DNA of 64,000 nt from an uncultured Nitrospiraceae bacterium (GTDB taxonomy: Bacteria; Nitrospirota; Thermodesulfovibrionia; Thermodesulfovibrionales; UBA6898): assembly GCA_963811165.1 (NCBI GenBank), contig CAWEQH010000010.1, positions 640,001-704,000 on the forward strand, in the 5' to 3' direction. The translations under genes and the position numbers were made by a program. Shown in pieces: positions 30,029 to 43,297 of the stretch; position 1 is the first letter of the stretch, and every line of letters starts with the position of its first letter. The notes under the pieces are model-generated. The model was not told the origin of the DNA, did no database searches, and saw only the letters and a program-made list of their open reading frames with translations.

Positions 30029-31584
30029 TCCCTCCTCCCCAGTGAAAAAACCCCGGTACGGGCGTAGCCCTCATTGCGTGGCGCACTTCCCTTCGCCTCA
30101 GCAGCTACTGAAGCAGTCCTCAAATTATTGAGGGCCTGCCGCGAGGTATTGAATACTTGCTGCGGAAATAGCCCCAGCCAGATTAGTGCCGCGGCCATCA
30201 CGCTCATCACCGCCGTTTCCCGGATCGTGAGGTCGCGGACCTTCCACTCATTGCCGTTGGGCCCGTGAAAGACGCGTTGTATGAACCGAAGCGCATACAC
30301 CGTGGCACCGACGATGCCCGCTGAGGCGACCACGGTGATAACGACATTGATCCTGTAGGAAGCAAGGAGCACAAGGAACTCCCCAACGAAGTTACCGAGC
30401 CCCGGGAGTCCGAGCGACGCCAACGCAAAAAATAGTGCTGTGGCACCCATTCGGGGTGCGGTCCCCCACAGTCCTCCCATGCGGCCCATTTCGCGCGTAC
30501 CGATTCTCTCCTGAAGCGCCCCGGCTATTATAAAAAGCGCGCCTGTAGCGATCCCGTGACATATGATCTGCATGACGACGCCCTGAAGAGCAATCTCGCT
30601 TCCTACGAAGACGCCCAGGAGCACAAATCCCATGTGGCTCACGCTGGTATATGCGACGAGCCTTTTCAGATCGGTCTGTGCAAAGGCCATGACCGCGCCG
30701 TAGATGATGCCCACGGCAGCGACGACCATGGCGGCGGGGGCAAACTGAGAAACAGCATTTGGAAAGAGAGGCACCACAAACCTCAGAAGTCCGTAGGCCC
30801 CTGTCTTAAGAAGCAGGCCGGCAAGGACCACGCTTCCTGCCGTAGGCGCCTCGGTATGCGCATCGGGAAGCCAGGTGTGAAGAGGCACTACAGGAAGCTT
30901 TACGGCAAAGCCGATAAAGAAGCCCGACATCAGCAACATTTCGGTCACCCGTCCCATCGAAGTCCCAATCAGCGCCGTGTAGTCAAACGTATACAGCCCG
31001 CTTCCGCGGCCGTGCACAAAGTAGAGGCCGAGGATAGCTATCAGCATGATCAGGCCGCCGGCCTGGGTAAACAGAAAGAACTTAAAAGAGGCGTAACGCC
31101 GGTTCTCATGGCCCCAAAGTGAGATAAGGAAATACATCGGCACGAGCATGATCTCCCAAAAGACATAGAACAAAAACAGGTCCATTGCCAAAAAAACGCC
31201 GACGATACCTGCAAGGCTCCATAGAAGGATAAAATGAAAGAACCCTACCCGCTCCTCAATCTCGGTCCATGAGGATGCGACCGCAGCAACACCGAGAAAG
31301 ACGGTCAAAAGGAGAAGGAGGAGACTCAGCCCGTCGACGGCGAGATGGAACCCGGCGCCGATCTGCGGGATCCATTCCCATCTTAGCTCTTCCAACCATG
31401 GACCGTATGAAGTAAGGCCGTCCGCTGCGGCATAGTTGTGCATAAAGATTGTGAGCACTAACCCAAGCATAACCGCCAGGGTCAGCATAGATATCCATCG
31501 GGCCAATAAAGGCCTCTGCCTTCCGAAATACCAGGCTATCGGCCCTCCGGCAAGCGGGACTATGATCAGCCAGACAAGGATCAC
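30025..31584 (-). CDS. nuoM: NADH-quinone oxidoreductase subunit M
   Basis: FYVFWEIMLVPMY, KLPVVPLHTWLPDAH, DLKRLVAYTSVSHMG. Confidence 0.96.
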   Translation of the reverse strand: MILVWLIIVPLAGGPIAWYFGRQRPLLARWISMLTLAVMLGLVLTIFMHNYAAADGLTSYGPWLEELRWEWIPQIGAGFHLAVDGLSLLLLLLTVFLGVAAVASSWTEIEERVGFFHFILLWSLAGIVGVFLAMDLFLFYVFWEIMLVPMYFLISLWGHENRRYASFKFFLFTQAGGLIMLIAILGLYFVHGRGSGLYTFDYTALIGTSMGRVTEMLLMSGFFIGFAVKLPVVPLHTWLPDAHTEAPTAGSVVLAGLLLKTGAYGLLRFVVPLFPNAVSQFAPAAMVVAAVGIIYGAVMAFAQTDLKRLVAYTSVSHMGFVLLGVFVGSEIALQGVVMQIICHGIATGALFIIAGALQERIGTREMGRMGGLWGTAPRMGATALFFALASLGLPGLGNFVGEFLVLLASYRINVVITVVASAGIVGATVYALRFIQRVFHGPNGNEWKVRDLTIRETAVMSVMAAALIWLGLFPQQVFNTSRQALNNLRTASVAAEAKGSAPRNEGYARTGVFSLGRRE

Positions 31585-33476
31585 AGGAACACCACGATAG
31601 CAAGGGCCACCACGGCGCCCAAAGCGATCCCCGCTGCATACATGCGGACCTTTCCGCCTTGAGAGAGACTGAGCATGGTGCTAAGGCTGCGGCCTATCCA
31701 GATAATCCCCAGATAGAAAAGGTCGATAAAATCCTCCTTGTTGATTCGCGCTATCCAGTCAAAGGGTCTGACGATGAAAGTATCGTACACCCAATCGAAC
31801 CCCCAGCCTGAAAACCAGAACCGGTGAAGCAGCCGGCCGGGCAGAACACTTGTCAGTGAGTCGGCGTATCGCGGTTTCCCGAAGAATAAGAAATAGGCAA
31901 GAAATATGCCGAGGAGCGAAACTATAGCTCCGAAGGCCGTTAGCATGATTTCGGCCTCGGAGGCACCTGGCCTTCCCGCGATTGCCGGCAATGCAGTATT
32001 CATGAACCTCGAAAAAATGCCGACATTGCCAAACAGGGAGGGAAGCTCTATGAACCCCGCCAAAAGGGAGAGTACTGCAAGTATCACTGCAGGGACAGTC
32101 ATCATCACGCCGGGTCTTTTGCCGACTTGGGACTTCGCTTCCCCGAAAAAAGTGATGAAGACCATCCGGAAGGTATAAAGAGACGTAATGAACGCCCCGA
32201 GCACCCCTGCCATCCATAGCCAACGGTTCCCCAGAGGGGAAGCCAGCGAATAATAAAGGATAAGGTCTTTGCTGTAGAACCCCGCGGTAATAAAAGGAAG
32301 CGCCGACAGCGAGCAGGCGCCGGCAAGGAAAGTCCAGAAGACAACCGGCAGCTGCGACCGAAGCCCCCCCATCTTAAACATGTCGTGCTCGTTGTCGAGG
32401 CTGAGGATGACCATACCCGCTCCCAGAAAGAGAAGGGCCTTGAAAAAGGCATGAATCATAAAATGAAAGATAGCGGCGGACCAGGCCCCCACCCCGAGCG
32501 CCAGAAACATATATCCTATCTGGCTTATCGTGGAATAGGCCAGCACCCGCTTGAGGTCCCGCTGGGTAAGCGCGCTCAACCCGGCGAGCAAAAGCGTAAG
32601 GGCGCCTATGACCGCCACGGCAGTCTGCACTGCAGGGGCGAGGGTGAAAAGCAGATGGGTCCTTGCGATGAGATACACACCCGCCGTGACCATGGTTGCC
32701 GCATGAATAAGGGCGCTCACCGGCGTAGGGCCTGCCATTGCATCAGGCAGCCATGTCTGAAGGGGAAGCTGCGCGGATTTTCCGAGGGCCCCTCCCAGCA
32801 ATAACGCCGCCGCGGTAACGGCCATTGCCGAGCCCGTGCCCCAACGGCCCGCCGCCAGATACATCACCTCCTGGATCCGAAGGGTCCCCAGATTGGTAGC
32901 AAGCAGGAAGAGGCCTATGCTCATTGCGGTATCGCCGACCCGTGTTACGACAAAGGCCTTCCTCGCTGCAAGGCCGTTTAGAGGGTCCTTATACCAAAAA
33001 CCGATGAGCAGATAGCTGCAGAGTCCGACCCCTTCCCATCCGAGGTAGAGAAACAGCAGATCATCAGCCAGCACCAGGGTGAGCATCGATCCGACAAAGA
33101 GGTTCATGTAGGCAAAGAACCTCCCATAGCCCTCCTCTCCTGCCATAAATTCCGCGGAATAAAGGTGAATAAGAAATCCTACCGACGTTACGACGAGCAC
33201 CATGACAAGCGATAATGCATCGAGGTAGAGGGAAAGTGAGGGAGAAAAACCGCCGACCGACATCCAGGTCCGGAGGTGCTGGACATATGAGTTGGCGGCA
33301 GGTGCAGAACCGATAAAGCCGATGCCGACGGTGACAGCCGCTACAAAGGAGAGCCCGACGGAACCCACGCCGACGACAGCGACCAGCGGGCGCGAAAGCA
33401 GGCGCCCCGCAATCACCAAAATAAGGAATCCTGCAAACGGCAGCGCCGGTATCACCCACAGGAGTTCCCGCATCAT
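31581..33476 (-). CDS. nuoL: NADH-quinone oxidoreductase subunit L
   Basis: [47 protein letters not shown]. Confidence 0.96.
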   Translation of the reverse strand: MMRELLWVIPALPFAGFLILVIAGRLLSRPLVAVVGVGSVGLSFVAAVTVGIGFIGSAPAANSYVQHLRTWMSVGGFSPSLSLYLDALSLVMVLVVTSVGFLIHLYSAEFMAGEEGYGRFFAYMNLFVGSMLTLVLADDLLFLYLGWEGVGLCSYLLIGFWYKDPLNGLAARKAFVVTRVGDTAMSIGLFLLATNLGTLRIQEVMYLAAGRWGTGSAMAVTAAALLLGGALGKSAQLPLQTWLPDAMAGPTPVSALIHAATMVTAGVYLIARTHLLFTLAPAVQTAVAVIGALTLLLAGLSALTQRDLKRVLAYSTISQIGYMFLALGVGAWSAAIFHFMIHAFFKALLFLGAGMVILSLDNEHDMFKMGGLRSQLPVVFWTFLAGACSLSALPFITAGFYSKDLILYYSLASPLGNRWLWMAGVLGAFITSLYTFRMVFITFFGEAKSQVGKRPGVMMTVPAVILAVLSLLAGFIELPSLFGNVGIFSRFMNTALPAIAGRPGASEAEIMLTAFGAIVSLLGIFLAYFLFFGKPRYADSLTSVLPGRLLHRFWFSGWGFDWVYDTFIVRPFDWIARINKEDFIDLFYLGIIWIGRSLSTMLSLSQGGKVRMYAAGIALGAVVALAIVVFL

Positions 33477-33784
33477 CCCCTCATCCTGGCGGCAGAGTCG
33501 GTGTCGAGCGTCTTTAATTTATGGTACATCTGGAGCGCCAGCGCAAGACCTACGGATACTTCGGCCGCAGCCATCGCAAGTATAAAGATGAACATGACCT
33601 GCCCATCGGGCTCCGCCCATTGTGCGCCGGCCACGACAAAGGCGAGACCCGCAGCGTTTAACATTATCTCTATCGATAACAGGATAAAGATAATATTGCG
33701 CCGTACGAGGACCCCGATAAGCCCCAGCGCGAAAAGGACCGCAGCAAGGATAAGGCCGTGCTCCAGATATACCGTTGCCGTCAT
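33473..33784 (-). CDS. nuoK: NADH-quinone oxidoreductase subunit K
   Basis: [24 protein letters not shown]. Confidence 0.95.
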   Translation of the reverse strand: MTATVYLEHGLILAAVLFALGLIGVLVRRNIIFILLSIEIMLNAAGLAFVVAGAQWAEPDGQVMFIFILAMAAAEVSVGLALALQMYHKLKTLDTDSAARMRG

Positions 33785-34299
33785 TGTCCGTCTCCTTTGT
33801 CTTTGTTGGAAGCGCTGCGCCTTCCTAAATGATAGGCCCCGACAAGTCCGGCCAGAAGGAGCATCGATGCCAGTTCTACCCCGATCAGGTAAGGCCCCAA
33901 AAGCGCGATGCCCACCTGCTTCGGGCCGACAACCACAGTTCCTCCAAGCCGGCCTGTAGCATAGTTAAGCCCGTAGATCAACTCCGCCAGCAGCACCAGT
34001 GCAAGAGTCCCTGGGCCGATCCATGCCCGAGGCGTGAGGAACTGTCTCTCTTTATCAGCGGCGTCTCCGCCTAAGTTTAAGAGCATGATCACGAAGACAA
34101 ACAAGACCATGATGGCCCCCGCGTAGATGATCACTTCCAGGGCCGCGACAAAAGGCGCACCTAAGACAAAAAAGACGAGCGATACCGCAAGCAGCGAAAC
34201 AATGAAATAGAGAAGCGCATGCACTGCGTTTGACCTCGTGATAGTCATGAAGGTGGATATGACTGCCACGGCGGCGGAAATATAGAAGACCGTATTCAT
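33781..34299 (-). CDS. nuoJ: NADH-quinone oxidoreductase subunit J
   Basis: [33 protein letters not shown]. Confidence 0.95.
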   Translation of the reverse strand: MNTVFYISAAVAVISTFMTITRSNAVHALLYFIVSLLAVSLVFFVLGAPFVAALEVIIYAGAIMVLFVFVIMLLNLGGDAADKERQFLTPRAWIGPGTLALVLLAELIYGLNYATGRLGGTVVVGPKQVGIALLGPYLIGVELASMLLLAGLVGAYHLGRRSASNKDKGDGQ

Positions 34300-34327
34300 A
34301 TCTTCACCCGGTTTGGACCATTCTTAA

Positions 34328-34843
34328 TCATGGCATCAAACCCCTCACGTCCACGGGGGGATCTTCGTTTTCGGCCCCGCCCTTGTCCTTGCCCTTTATC
34401 GCAAGGCCCGCTACCTTATAAAAATTATACTCATGATATTTCCCCGGCCCGCTGATAAGGAGGTCCTCCTTTTCGTATACGAGGTTTTGTCTGTCGAATT
34501 CGGACATCTCGAAGTCGGGGGTGAGCTGGATCGCATACGTCGGACAGGCCTCCTCACAGAACCCGCAGAATATGCAGCGTGAAAAGTTGATGCGGAAGAA
34601 TTCGGGGTAACGTCTGCCGTGTTCGTCCTCTTTGGCCTGTAAAGATATGCAATCCACCGGGCAGGCTACCGCGCAGAGATAACAGGCCACACAGCGTTCT
34701 TCCCCGTCAGGGTCGCGCGAAAGTATGATGCGCCCCCTCCATCTGGGGGGGATACCGGGTTTCTCCTCCGGATAAAGGATCGTCGCCCGCTTACGGAAGG
34801 CGTGGAGAAAAACAAGCCAGATCGTCTTAATGAGACTCAGCAT
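34328..34843 (-). CDS. nuoI: NADH-quinone oxidoreductase subunit I
   Basis: [12 protein letters not shown] and [12 protein letters not shown] (2x[4Fe-4S]). Confidence 0.96.
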   Translation of the reverse strand: MLSLIKTIWLVFLHAFRKRATILYPEEKPGIPPRWRGRIILSRDPDGEERCVACYLCAVACPVDCISLQAKEDEHGRRYPEFFRINFSRCIFCGFCEEACPTYAIQLTPDFEMSEFDRQNLVYEKEDLLISGPGKYHEYNFYKVAGLAIKGKDKGGAENEDPPVDVRGLMP

Positions 34844-34852
34844 CCTCTCTCC

Positions 34853-35806
34853 TTATCGTAACGCAAGTAAAATACCTCCCGTGACCAGCAGGTTCAAAAG
34901 AGAAAGCGGCAGAAGCACCTTCCAGCCGTACGCCATAAGCTGGTCGTACCGCGGCCTGGGCAGAGACGCCCTAAGCAGAATAAAAAAACAGATGAATACA
35001 AATGTCTTTATAAGAAACCAGACGACCGGCGGCAGAAAAGGTCCGAGCCATCCCCCGAAAAAGAGCGTCACGATCATGGCCGAAACGAGCGTGATGCCTA
35101 TGTATTCGCCGACAAAGAACATCGCGAATTTCATTCCTGAGTATTCGGAATGAAAACCGGCCACCAGTTCGCTCTCCGCTTCGGGCAGGTCAAAAGGCAG
35201 GCGGTGCGTCTCGGCAATCCCGGCGATAAAAAAGACGACGAACCCGAGCAACTGCGGAATAAAAAACCACATGCCCCTCTGGGCCTCTACAATGCTACGG
35301 AGGTTGAACGACCCGGTGATCATCACCACACCCATAAGCGATAGTCCCATAAATACTTCGTAACTGAGCATCTGAGCAGCGGCCCTCAACCCCCCAAGGA
35401 GCGAATACTTGCTTGCAGACGCCCAGCCGGCCAGTGTCACGCTATATACGCCAAGGGCCGACATCGCAAGAAAAAACAGCAGCCCTATGTTCAGGTCCGC
35501 CACCCCGATTGCAGGCGAGTAGGGGACGACCGCAAAGGGCATCAGGACCGTAACGATAATTACGGAAGGGGCGATGATGAATACGGCCTTATCGGCAAAG
35601 GGCGGTATCCAATCCTCCTTGGTGAAGACCTTCATCATATCGGCAACGACCTGAAGCAGACCGAAGGGGCCCACGCGGTTCGGGCCGTAACGGTCCTGCC
35701 AGAGGGCAAGCAATCTCCGCTCAAGCCATATCAGTCCCGAGGCGATAGTCATAACCACAGACAACACTGCCACAACAGTCACAAGCGGCAATATGATCTC
35801 TTTCAT
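34853..35806 (-). CDS. nuoH: NADH-quinone oxidoreductase subunit H
   Basis: [39 protein letters not shown]. Confidence 0.96.
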   Translation of the reverse strand: MKEIILPLVTVVAVLSVVMTIASGLIWLERRLLALWQDRYGPNRVGPFGLLQVVADMMKVFTKEDWIPPFADKAVFIIAPSVIIVTVLMPFAVVPYSPAIGVADLNIGLLFFLAMSALGVYSVTLAGWASASKYSLLGGLRAAAQMLSYEVFMGLSLMGVVMITGSFNLRSIVEAQRGMWFFIPQLLGFVVFFIAGIAETHRLPFDLPEAESELVAGFHSEYSGMKFAMFFVGEYIGITLVSAMIVTLFFGGWLGPFLPPVVWFLIKTFVFICFFILLRASLPRPRYDQLMAYGWKVLLPLSLLNLLVTGGILLALR

Positions 35807-35807
35807 C

Positions 35808-38537
35808 TTATCCGCTTCCTTTCTTCACCGGGAAGATACGCGCTAAAGATGGCAGATCGATGCCGGTCAGTCCCGGCAGGCCTGAAGGTATCCCCGCAAC
35901 CCCGTCCGGCAAAGAAGAAACGATCCTCAGAGGCAATACGCGTCCAGCCCCCCGGCGAAGAGAGAGTTCCGCCTCATCATCTTCACCCAGGCCGAGCTTT
36001 GCCGCATCACCGGCATTAAGCGCCAGGTATGGCCGGAGTGAAAGCCTTGATATGCCCTCTGCGTGCAGACTGAGTTCTTCCGATCCGAATATATGATAAA
36101 GCGGTACCAGAAGCCACTCACCCTCACTCGGAGAAAAAAAGCCGGGCACGTCGTGAAAATAATTGCCGGCCGCGCCCTCCGGGGGTTCGATCAGGCGTTG
36201 TCCCGGGTCTTCGCCGATCAAAGGTCCTCCGACTTCCTGCTGGAACTTATTGACCGACTGCACGGAGTTCCATCCCGCGGCCCAGAAGCGCGGGATGAGC
36301 GCCGAAGGCGGTATCCCCTCATATCCTTCCATCGAAAAAGAGAAAGGAGAATCATCGTCACCCGGCGGTTTGGGTTCGTGCACGCTTATGTCGGCGGTCA
36401 GGGCGGTCCGACCGCTGTAGCGGTGCGGCTGCCGCGGAATTTTTTCGCCCGAAACGCGGAAGTCCGCCGGGGGAGCAGCATCCTTTACTCGCTCAAATAC
36501 GGGACAGGCGGCGGACAAAGCGGCGGTGATATCATCGATCCTCATCCACTCCCTCGCCTCCGGACGACCCGTCATCGAAAGCATGCTAAGCAGCCACCGC
36601 CAGCTTTCCATAACGTCCGGGTCGGGGACACGGACCGGAAAGAAGCGCTGGGCGCGGCCTTCGTTGTTCACAATGGTGCCACCGGACTCCGCGAAGGTGG
36701 AGGAAGAAAGGACGACCCCGGCACGTGAAGTAGTACTATTTTGCAGGTGATCGATCGCCATGACATGTGTACATTCGCCGAAAAACTTCTCTACGGACTC
36801 TTCGTCAAGGCGGCGAAAGAGGTCGTTTTCGAGGATTATGGCGGTGTCGGCCTTTCCCTCGTAAACCTTTGTCATAGCATCTTCGAGACTTCCGCCTTCC
36901 ATAAGGCCGGTCCCCAAGGTATTACATTCCTCCACGGTAAAACAGAGTCCCGAGGGCCGTCCTTCTTTGCAAAGTGCGGTGGCGATATTGGCGGAGGCCT
37001 GTATCACCGCCTTGCTTTTGCAGCCTGGACCCGAGACGATAAGCGGACGATCGGCGGACCTCAGGGCATCGGCAATCTCTGCAGCCAGGGCCCTAAGATC
37101 ATCCCGCAGGTCCGAAACCGAAGGGGAGTCCGCATTCAATTCATGGGCCACGGCAAATCCGAGCCTTGCGATGTCGTCCGGTGCAGCGCGGAATGCAAAA
37201 ACAGATACTTCCTCAAGTTTAGTCGCACAGGGAGATGCGATGAAGAACGGGCTTTTTTCACTTTGTATCGCCTCGCGCACCGCCGTATCGTTCCACTGAG
37301 GGATATGCATTTTTTTTGCGATCGCCATCGGCTTTTGACGTGCGGCCTGTCGAAGGGCGAGCGCGAGCATGGGAGAGGTGTTCGTGACATCTTCACCTAA
37401 GACAAACACAGCATCGGATTGTGCAACGTCGTGAAGCGAAGGAGAGCGGGCGGGACCCTTGCGGAGAATGTCTGCCATCATCGTAACGAGGTCCATATCT
37501 TTTTCCGATAGTCCACAGAAGAAGTGCTCGGGACCTACCAGCGCACGCAGTGTGAAGTTCGCCTCAAGCGACGCGCGCGGAGAGCCTATGCCGATCACCT
37601 TTGCGCCGAAATAGAGAAGTTTCAAAAGATGCCGAAGGGCTTCCTCTATTGTTACGTCGACGGCTTTGCTGCTTCCCTCATGCCTGATCCGGGGCTGCCT
37701 GATTCTTTCTTCGCTGTTTACGAACTCATAGCCGTAGCGTCCGCGGTCGCAGAGGAAATAGCCGTTGACCTCTCCGTTAAAGCGGTTCTGTATCCTCACT
37801 ATCTTTCCATGGCGTTCGCCCGGGATCGTATTACATCCGATCCCGCAATGCACACAGACAGACGGCGCGGTCTGCAGGTCCCATTTACGCGCATAATGTT
37901 TTTTCAGGGTCTTGTCCGTAAATACGCCGGTGGGGCAGACCTCCACCAGGTTGCCGCTGAATTCGTTCTGCAAAACGCCGTCGTCGTGCCTGCCGAAATA
38001 TACGTGGTTATGGGCCGCAAAGACGTGGAAATCACGGCCGCCGGCATAATCGCGGTAGAACCTTACGCAGCGGTAACACTGGATACACCGGTTCATCTCA
38101 TGGTTGACAAACGGGCCCAGGTACTGGTTCCGGTGCGTCCTTTTCCTGAAGCGGTTCCTTCGGTATGCATGTCCCGTCATCACGGTCATGTCCTGGAGAT
38201 GGCATTCGCCGCCCTCATCGCATACAGGGCAGTCATGCGGGTGGTTGAGCATCAGCCATTCGATCACGCTTGCCCGGAAGGCCCTCACTTCAGGGTCATC
38301 GATGGAGATGCGCGTGCCCTCGGCCGCCGGGGTCATGCAGGACATCACGATCTTTCCGCGCGTATCATTTTCGTCCTTGAACTGTTTCACCGCGCACTGC
38401 CTGCATGAGCCGACAGAATGCATTGCGGGGTGCCAGCAGAAATAGGGGATGTCGAACCCCAGGGAAAGACAGGCATGGAGGAGGTTGTCTCCGTCTTTCA
38501 CCGTATAAGGTTTATTGTCTATGTAGATCGTCGCCAT
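35808..38537 (-). CDS. nuoG: NADH-quinone oxidoreductase subunit G (long, E. coli-type)
   Basis: [37 protein letters not shown]7 motif [12 protein letters not shown]; 909 aa. Confidence 0.96.
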   Translation of the reverse strand: MATIYIDNKPYTVKDGDNLLHACLSLGFDIPYFCWHPAMHSVGSCRQCAVKQFKDENDTRGKIVMSCMTPAAEGTRISIDDPEVRAFRASVIEWLMLNHPHDCPVCDEGGECHLQDMTVMTGHAYRRNRFRKRTHRNQYLGPFVNHEMNRCIQCYRCVRFYRDYAGGRDFHVFAAHNHVYFGRHDDGVLQNEFSGNLVEVCPTGVFTDKTLKKHYARKWDLQTAPSVCVHCGIGCNTIPGERHGKIVRIQNRFNGEVNGYFLCDRGRYGYEFVNSEERIRQPRIRHEGSSKAVDVTIEEALRHLLKLLYFGAKVIGIGSPRASLEANFTLRALVGPEHFFCGLSEKDMDLVTMMADILRKGPARSPSLHDVAQSDAVFVLGEDVTNTSPMLALALRQAARQKPMAIAKKMHIPQWNDTAVREAIQSEKSPFFIASPCATKLEEVSVFAFRAAPDDIARLGFAVAHELNADSPSVSDLRDDLRALAAEIADALRSADRPLIVSGPGCKSKAVIQASANIATALCKEGRPSGLCFTVEECNTLGTGLMEGGSLEDAMTKVYEGKADTAIILENDLFRRLDEESVEKFFGECTHVMAIDHLQNSTTSRAGVVLSSSTFAESGGTIVNNEGRAQRFFPVRVPDPDVMESWRWLLSMLSMTGRPEAREWMRIDDITAALSAACPVFERVKDAAPPADFRVSGEKIPRQPHRYSGRTALTADISVHEPKPPGDDDSPFSFSMEGYEGIPPSALIPRFWAAGWNSVQSVNKFQQEVGGPLIGEDPGQRLIEPPEGAAGNYFHDVPGFFSPSEGEWLLVPLYHIFGSEELSLHAEGISRLSLRPYLALNAGDAAKLGLGEDDEAELSLRRGAGRVLPLRIVSSLPDGVAGIPSGLPGLTGIDLPSLARIFPVKKGSG

Positions 38538-38606
38538 ATTCAGTTGTCATTCATCCTAACAAACATTATCCACAAACATATGTTCTCCCCCCTGCTTCTT
38601 CTACGT

Positions 38607-39884
38607 TCATTTCCAGGGACACCTTTTTTCTCTTATATGTTTTTCGAAATCTTCCCTGAATATCTTCAAGGCACTCTGAAGCGGCTCGACCGCGCCAGGG
38701 GCAAAGGCGCAAAACGTGTTCCCCGGTCCGAGCAGACGGCATTGCTCCTCGAGGATATCGAGGTCTTCAGCCCTGCCCTCCCCTCTCTCAATCGCGCCTA
38801 AGAGGTTAGCAATCCACGGCAGTCCTTCACGGCAGGGCGTGCACCATCCGCAGGACTCCCGCGCAAAAAACAGTTCGAGATTATGCACCGCACCGACCGG
38901 GCAGGTCTTGTCGTCGATCACTATCATCGTCCCCGTGCCTAGCCTGCTTCCGGCCTTCTGGACCGAGGCATAATCCATCTTCACATCAAGATGTTCCTCT
39001 GTAAGAAATTCGGTGGATGCGCCGCCCGGAATGACGGCCCTGAACCGGAATCCCTCCTGCATGCCTCCTGCATACTCTTCAAGAAGCTCCCTGATCGTAA
39101 TACCCATCGGCAGTTCCCAGGCGCCGGGTCTCTTCACCCTTCCGCTCGCACCGTATAGCTTCGTGCCGCTGTCGGGGGAGAGGCTGAGAGCTTTGAACCA
39201 CTCGGGACCGTTATGTACGATATGCGGAATATTCGAAAGCGTCTCGACGTTGTTGACGACGGTCGGCTTTCCCCACAGCCCGCACACCTGGGGGAACGGC
39301 GGTTTTGCGCGCGGCACCGGCCGCTTCCCCTCGAGGGCGTTAAGGAGCGCCGTCTCCTCGCCGCATATGTAACGGCCCGCACTCGTATGAAGGTGCATCT
39401 CAAGACTATATTCTGAACCGAGGATGTCCTTGCCGAGATAGTTGTTTTCGTAGAGATCGGATATGGCCCTGGTGAGTATCTCCGCGGCCTTTCTGTATTC
39501 CCATCTCAGAAAAATATATGCCTCATCCGCCTGGATCGCGTAGGCGGCGAGGATCATCCCTTCGATCAGCTGATGCGGGTCCCCTTCAAGAAGCAGCCTG
39601 TCTTTAAAAGTACCCGGCTCCATCTCATCGGCATTTGCGATAAGATACTTCGGCCCCGGCACTCCGGCCCCCATCGGAACGAAACTCCATTTCTGCCCTG
39701 TAGGGAAACCGGCTCCGCCCCTGCCTCGAAGGTTCGAATCGGTGACCACCTTCTGAAGTTCCCCTGGAGACATCTCCCTGAGCGCCTTTCGCAGGGCCCG
39801 ATATCCTCCTGCGTCCTCATACCCTTTAAGATCCAGGGGCCCTCTTGCCTGATCTATATTTTTCGTAAGCGGTCTTTCAGACAC
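38607..39884 (-). CDS. nuoF: NADH-quinone oxidoreductase subunit F
   Basis: GRGGAGFPTG, NADEMEPGTFKDR, YICGEETAL, ESCGWCTPCREG. Confidence 0.97.
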   Translation of the reverse strand: MSERPLTKNIDQARGPLDLKGYEDAGGYRALRKALREMSPGELQKVVTDSNLRGRGGAGFPTGQKWSFVPMGAGVPGPKYLIANADEMEPGTFKDRLLLEGDPHQLIEGMILAAYAIQADEAYIFLRWEYRKAAEILTRAISDLYENNYLGKDILGSEYSLEMHLHTSAGRYICGEETALLNALEGKRPVPRAKPPFPQVCGLWGKPTVVNNVETLSNIPHIVHNGPEWFKALSLSPDSGTKLYGASGRVKRPGAWELPMGITIRELLEEYAGGMQEGFRFRAVIPGGASTEFLTEEHLDVKMDYASVQKAGSRLGTGTMIVIDDKTCPVGAVHNLELFFARESCGWCTPCREGLPWIANLLGAIERGEGRAEDLDILEEQCRLLGPGNTFCAFAPGAVEPLQSALKIFREDFEKHIREKRCPWK

Positions 39885-39888
39885 GTGC

Positions 39889-40350
39889 CTACCTGTATCC
39901 TTCGAGTATCCCGTCTATTTTTTCGGGGGTCAAGTCCAGAAAGAGCTCATCGTCGATCATCATCGCAGGCGCATGATCGCATGCGCCTAAACAGGACACC
40001 GGCAAAAGCGTGAACTGTCCGTCGGCGCTCGTTTCACCGGGCGTGATCCCGAGCCTCTTTTTTAAATGTTCGCGGAGAGTATCGTATCCCATGACCCAAC
40101 AGCTGATGCTGTCGCATATGAGGATAATATGTTTTCCGACAGGTCTTCGGAAAATAAAGCTGTAGAAGGTCGCGACAGCGTCCAGCTCCTCAGGAGTCAT
40201 CCCGAGCAGTACGGCTATCCCGCCGAGCTCATCCGAGACCCAGCCGCGGTGCCTCTGCACGATCTTCAGCGCCTCCACACATGCGGCCTGCTTATGCGTA
40301 AAGTGTTTAAGCTCTTCCTCTATCTCCCTTTTTTCTTCCTCAGTCAGCAC
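39889..40350 (-). CDS. nuoE: NADH-quinone oxidoreductase subunit E
   Basis: VATFY, CDSISC and CLGACD [2Fe-2S] motifs. Confidence 0.95.
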   Translation of the reverse strand: MLTEEEKREIEEELKHFTHKQAACVEALKIVQRHRGWVSDELGGIAVLLGMTPEELDAVATFYSFIFRRPVGKHIILICDSISCWVMGYDTLREHLKKRLGITPGETSADGQFTLLPVSCLGACDHAPAMMIDDELFLDLTPEKIDGILEGYR

Positions 40351-40385
40351 AGTCTATCTCCAGGTAACAAAACCCTTCCTCCCTT

Positions 40386-40440
40386 TAACGCCCCCGCCTT
40401 CGGCACCCCCTCTTAAAATAAGAGGGGGAAGGGGGAGTTA
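40386..40440. repeat. Intergenic palindromic repeat inside nuo operon
   Basis: CCCCCTCTTA-AAA-TAAGAGGGGG hairpin with outer TAAC..GTTA arms. Confidence 0.6.
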
Positions 40441-40455
40441 TGATTACTGCCTCCT

Positions 40456-42204
40456 TCACCTGTCCACATCCGCAAGCACAAAATCTATACTCCCAAGTAT
40501 CGCCAGCAAGTCCGGCACCATCAGGCCGCGGCTGATCATCGGGATCATCTGCAGGTGTGCAAAAGAAGGCGTGCGGATGCGGGTGCGATACGACATTGTA
40601 CTTCCGTCGCTGACAAGATAATATCCGTTATTTCCCTTCGTCGCCTCGATGCCGAAAAAGGCCTCTCCTTCGGGGACGACCGGTCCCCAGCTTACATTCA
40701 GAAAATGGGTAATGAGCGTCTCTATATCATGCATCGTCCTCTCCTTGCGGGGAGGCGTTGCCAGCGGATGTCCGGATTTATAAGGTCCTTCGGGCATATT
40801 CCTCAAGCACTGTCCGATAATCCGGAGGCTCTGACGTATCTCTTCGACACGCACGACCCCCCGATCGTAGCAATCGCCGTTATGCCCGGTCGGTATATCG
40901 AACTCAAACAGTTCATATCCGGAATAAGGCCTCTTCTTCCTGAAGTCCCATTCGAACCCGCAGGCCCTGAGGCCCGGGCCAGTGACCCCCCACTCTATCG
41001 CCTCTTGACGCGTGTAGCTGCCGATACCCTTTGTCCGGGCTTTAAAGATGGCGTTTTGCATCACGATCTTGTCATATTCAGCGAGTTTCGGGGGCAGGTA
41101 ATCGAGGAAATCGCGTACGAGACGGTCCCATCCCTTCGGCAGGTCCTGCGATACGCCGCCTATCCTAAACCAGCTCGGGTGCATACGGCCGCCGCATATC
41201 GCCTCGACCACGTCAAAGACCCTTTCGCGATCGGTGAACATATAAAATACCGGCGACAGCGCCCCGACGTCCTGGGCAAAAGTCCCGTACCAAACGAGAT
41301 GGCTGGCGATGCGGAAAAACTCAGCCATCATGACCCGTATTACCTTCGCCTTTTCCGGCACCTCAATCCCTGCGAGCTTCTCGACCGCCAGCACGTAGGG
41401 AAGATTGTTCATTACCCCGCCCAGATAATCTATACGGTCGGTGTATGGTATGAAGGTATGCCATGACTGCCGTTCCCCCATTTTTTCGGCTGCGCGGTGA
41501 TGATATCCGATGTCGAGCACCGAACCTACGATTTCCTCACCGTCGAGCTCCAGTATGATCCTGAGCAGTCCGTGGGTCCCGGGATGCTGAGGGCCCAGGT
41601 TTAAGAACATAAAATCAGTATCTTCATGTGTCCTCTTCATACCCCAATCCTCAGGGCGGAAGCGGAGCGCCCTTTGTTCTTCCTCCTCCTTTATTTCAGG
41701 CATGCGAAACGGACCCATCTCGGTCGCCCTGGCAGGATGTTCCTTTCTAAGCGGGTGACCCTCCCATGTCGGCGGCATCAATATCCGCCTCAGATGGGGA
41801 TGTCCATCGAAGGAGATGCCGAACATGTCCCATACCTCGCGCTCATACCAGTCGGCCGACGGCCATATACCTGTCACTGTGGGCAGGGAAGGATATTCGC
41901 CCTTTAACGCGACCTTCAGGCGAAGGTCCTCATTTCGTTCGTAAGAGAGGAGATGATATACCAATGTGAAATCACTATCGGGAAGTCCGCTTCGGTGCTG
42001 TCGCACCCTCTCATCGACCGCGGTGAGATCGTAAAGGGTCCTGTATGGATTTTCTATGGCGGTCTTAAGATACCGCAAGATATCTGAGGCCTTGTCCTTT
42101 GATATCCAGAGCGTCGGGATGAAATCGGCCGTTGTCTGCACAGCAACAACTGCATCGCCGAAACGGTTTTGCAACTCATCTACGACCGGCTTATTTGCAC
42201 CCAC
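40456..42204 (-). CDS. nuoCD: NADH-quinone oxidoreductase fused subunit C/D
   Basis: [26 protein letters not shown] (C part) joined to [12 protein letters not shown]...DFVLADVDR (D part). Confidence 0.96.
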   Translation of the reverse strand: MGANKPVVDELQNRFGDAVVAVQTTADFIPTLWISKDKASDILRYLKTAIENPYRTLYDLTAVDERVRQHRSGLPDSDFTLVYHLLSYERNEDLRLKVALKGEYPSLPTVTGIWPSADWYEREVWDMFGISFDGHPHLRRILMPPTWEGHPLRKEHPARATEMGPFRMPEIKEEEEQRALRFRPEDWGMKRTHEDTDFMFLNLGPQHPGTHGLLRIILELDGEEIVGSVLDIGYHHRAAEKMGERQSWHTFIPYTDRIDYLGGVMNNLPYVLAVEKLAGIEVPEKAKVIRVMMAEFFRIASHLVWYGTFAQDVGALSPVFYMFTDRERVFDVVEAICGGRMHPSWFRIGGVSQDLPKGWDRLVRDFLDYLPPKLAEYDKIVMQNAIFKARTKGIGSYTRQEAIEWGVTGPGLRACGFEWDFRKKRPYSGYELFEFDIPTGHNGDCYDRGVVRVEEIRQSLRIIGQCLRNMPEGPYKSGHPLATPPRKERTMHDIETLITHFLNVSWGPVVPEGEAFFGIEATKGNNGYYLVSDGSTMSYRTRIRTPSFAHLQMIPMISRGLMVPDLLAILGSIDFVLADVDR

Positions 42205-42210
42205 GTCCGG

Positions 42211-42846
42211 TTACACCTCGTCGGGAGATCTCAGCAAGGTGGCGTTTTGTCTCCCCTCTCTCTTTAGGTCGCGCTGCGACAAACGCGGGGGACACTCTGT
42301 CGACTGCGGCCCCACGGCCCAGCTAAGCGGTCTTCTCTCTTTTCCGACATGCTCGCGAAGAAGAAGAAGCCCCTCCATAAAGGCATCCGGTCTCGGGGGA
42401 CAGCCCGGCACATACACGTCTACCGGCAGGAACTTATCGACCCCTTGCACAACACTGTAGATGTCATACATGCCCCCGGAATTCGCACAGGACCCCATCG
42501 ATATGACCCAGCGCGGCTCCATCATCTGCTCGTAGAGTTGTTTGATCACCGGCGCCATCTTGACAAATACAGTGCCGGCGATGATCATAAGGTCGGCCTC
42601 CCTAGGCGTACCCCTGAGCACCTCTGCGCCGAACCGGGCGATATCATATTTGCTCGTGAGGCTGGCGGCCATCTCCACATAACAACAGGATAGCCCGAAA
42701 TTAAAGGGCCAGATCGAGTTCTTCCTCGACCACGCAAGGAGGTCCTGGAGTCTGCTGAAGATCAGACTTCGAGAGACAGCCTCTTCTGCCGACCCCTTCG
42801 TCCACTTTGCCGGAGAATCACCAGGGTCCGTCAACGACCATTCCAT
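42211..42846 (-). CDS. nuoB: NADH-quinone oxidoreductase subunit B
   Basis: [29 protein letters not shown]. Confidence 0.96.
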   Translation of the reverse strand: MEWSLTDPGDSPAKWTKGSAEEAVSRSLIFSRLQDLLAWSRKNSIWPFNFGLSCCYVEMAASLTSKYDIARFGAEVLRGTPREADLMIIAGTVFVKMAPVIKQLYEQMMEPRWVISMGSCANSGGMYDIYSVVQGVDKFLPVDVYVPGCPPRPDAFMEGLLLLREHVGKERRPLSWAVGPQSTECPPRLSQRDLKREGRQNATLLRSPDEV

Positions 42847-42856
42847 ATGTATTGCC

Positions 42857-43261
42857 CTATCCCGTCCTTCCCGTTTTCCGTCTTTTTTCGACCCAGTCGA
42901 GGCCGCCTATCTTCCACAGGTATAAAAGCGCTGCAAGCAAGACGCCTATGAAAAAAAGTATTTCGATATACCCCGTCCATCCCGCCTCCCGAAGCGAAAC
43001 GGCCCACGCAAATATAAAGACCGCTTCAACGTCGAAGATCACGAAGAACATCGCAACGAGATAAAACTTGATGTCGAAGCGAACGCGCGCAGTCCCCGTA
43101 GAAGCTACGCCCGACTCATACGGCAGATCAGTGGCCCTCTCCCTATGGCGCTGCCCGAGGAAATAGGAAATCCCGATCATCGCAATAGCAAGGGAAACAA
43201 CAGCCGCAAAATAGACAATAAGCGGCCATAAAGGGGCCCCATCTTTAACCGCTAAATCCAA
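42857..43261 (-). CDS. nuoA: NADH-quinone oxidoreductase subunit A
   Basis: [25 protein letters not shown]. Confidence 0.95.
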   Translation of the reverse strand: MDLAVKDGAPLWPLIVYFAAVVSLAIAMIGISYFLGQRHRERATDLPYESGVASTGTARVRFDIKFYLVAMFFVIFDVEAVFIFAWAVSLREAGWTGYIEILFFIGVLLAALLYLWKIGGLDWVEKRRKTGRTG

Positions 43262-43297
43262 TTATGTCTCTCCTTAAACATACCATTGCCTTTTTTC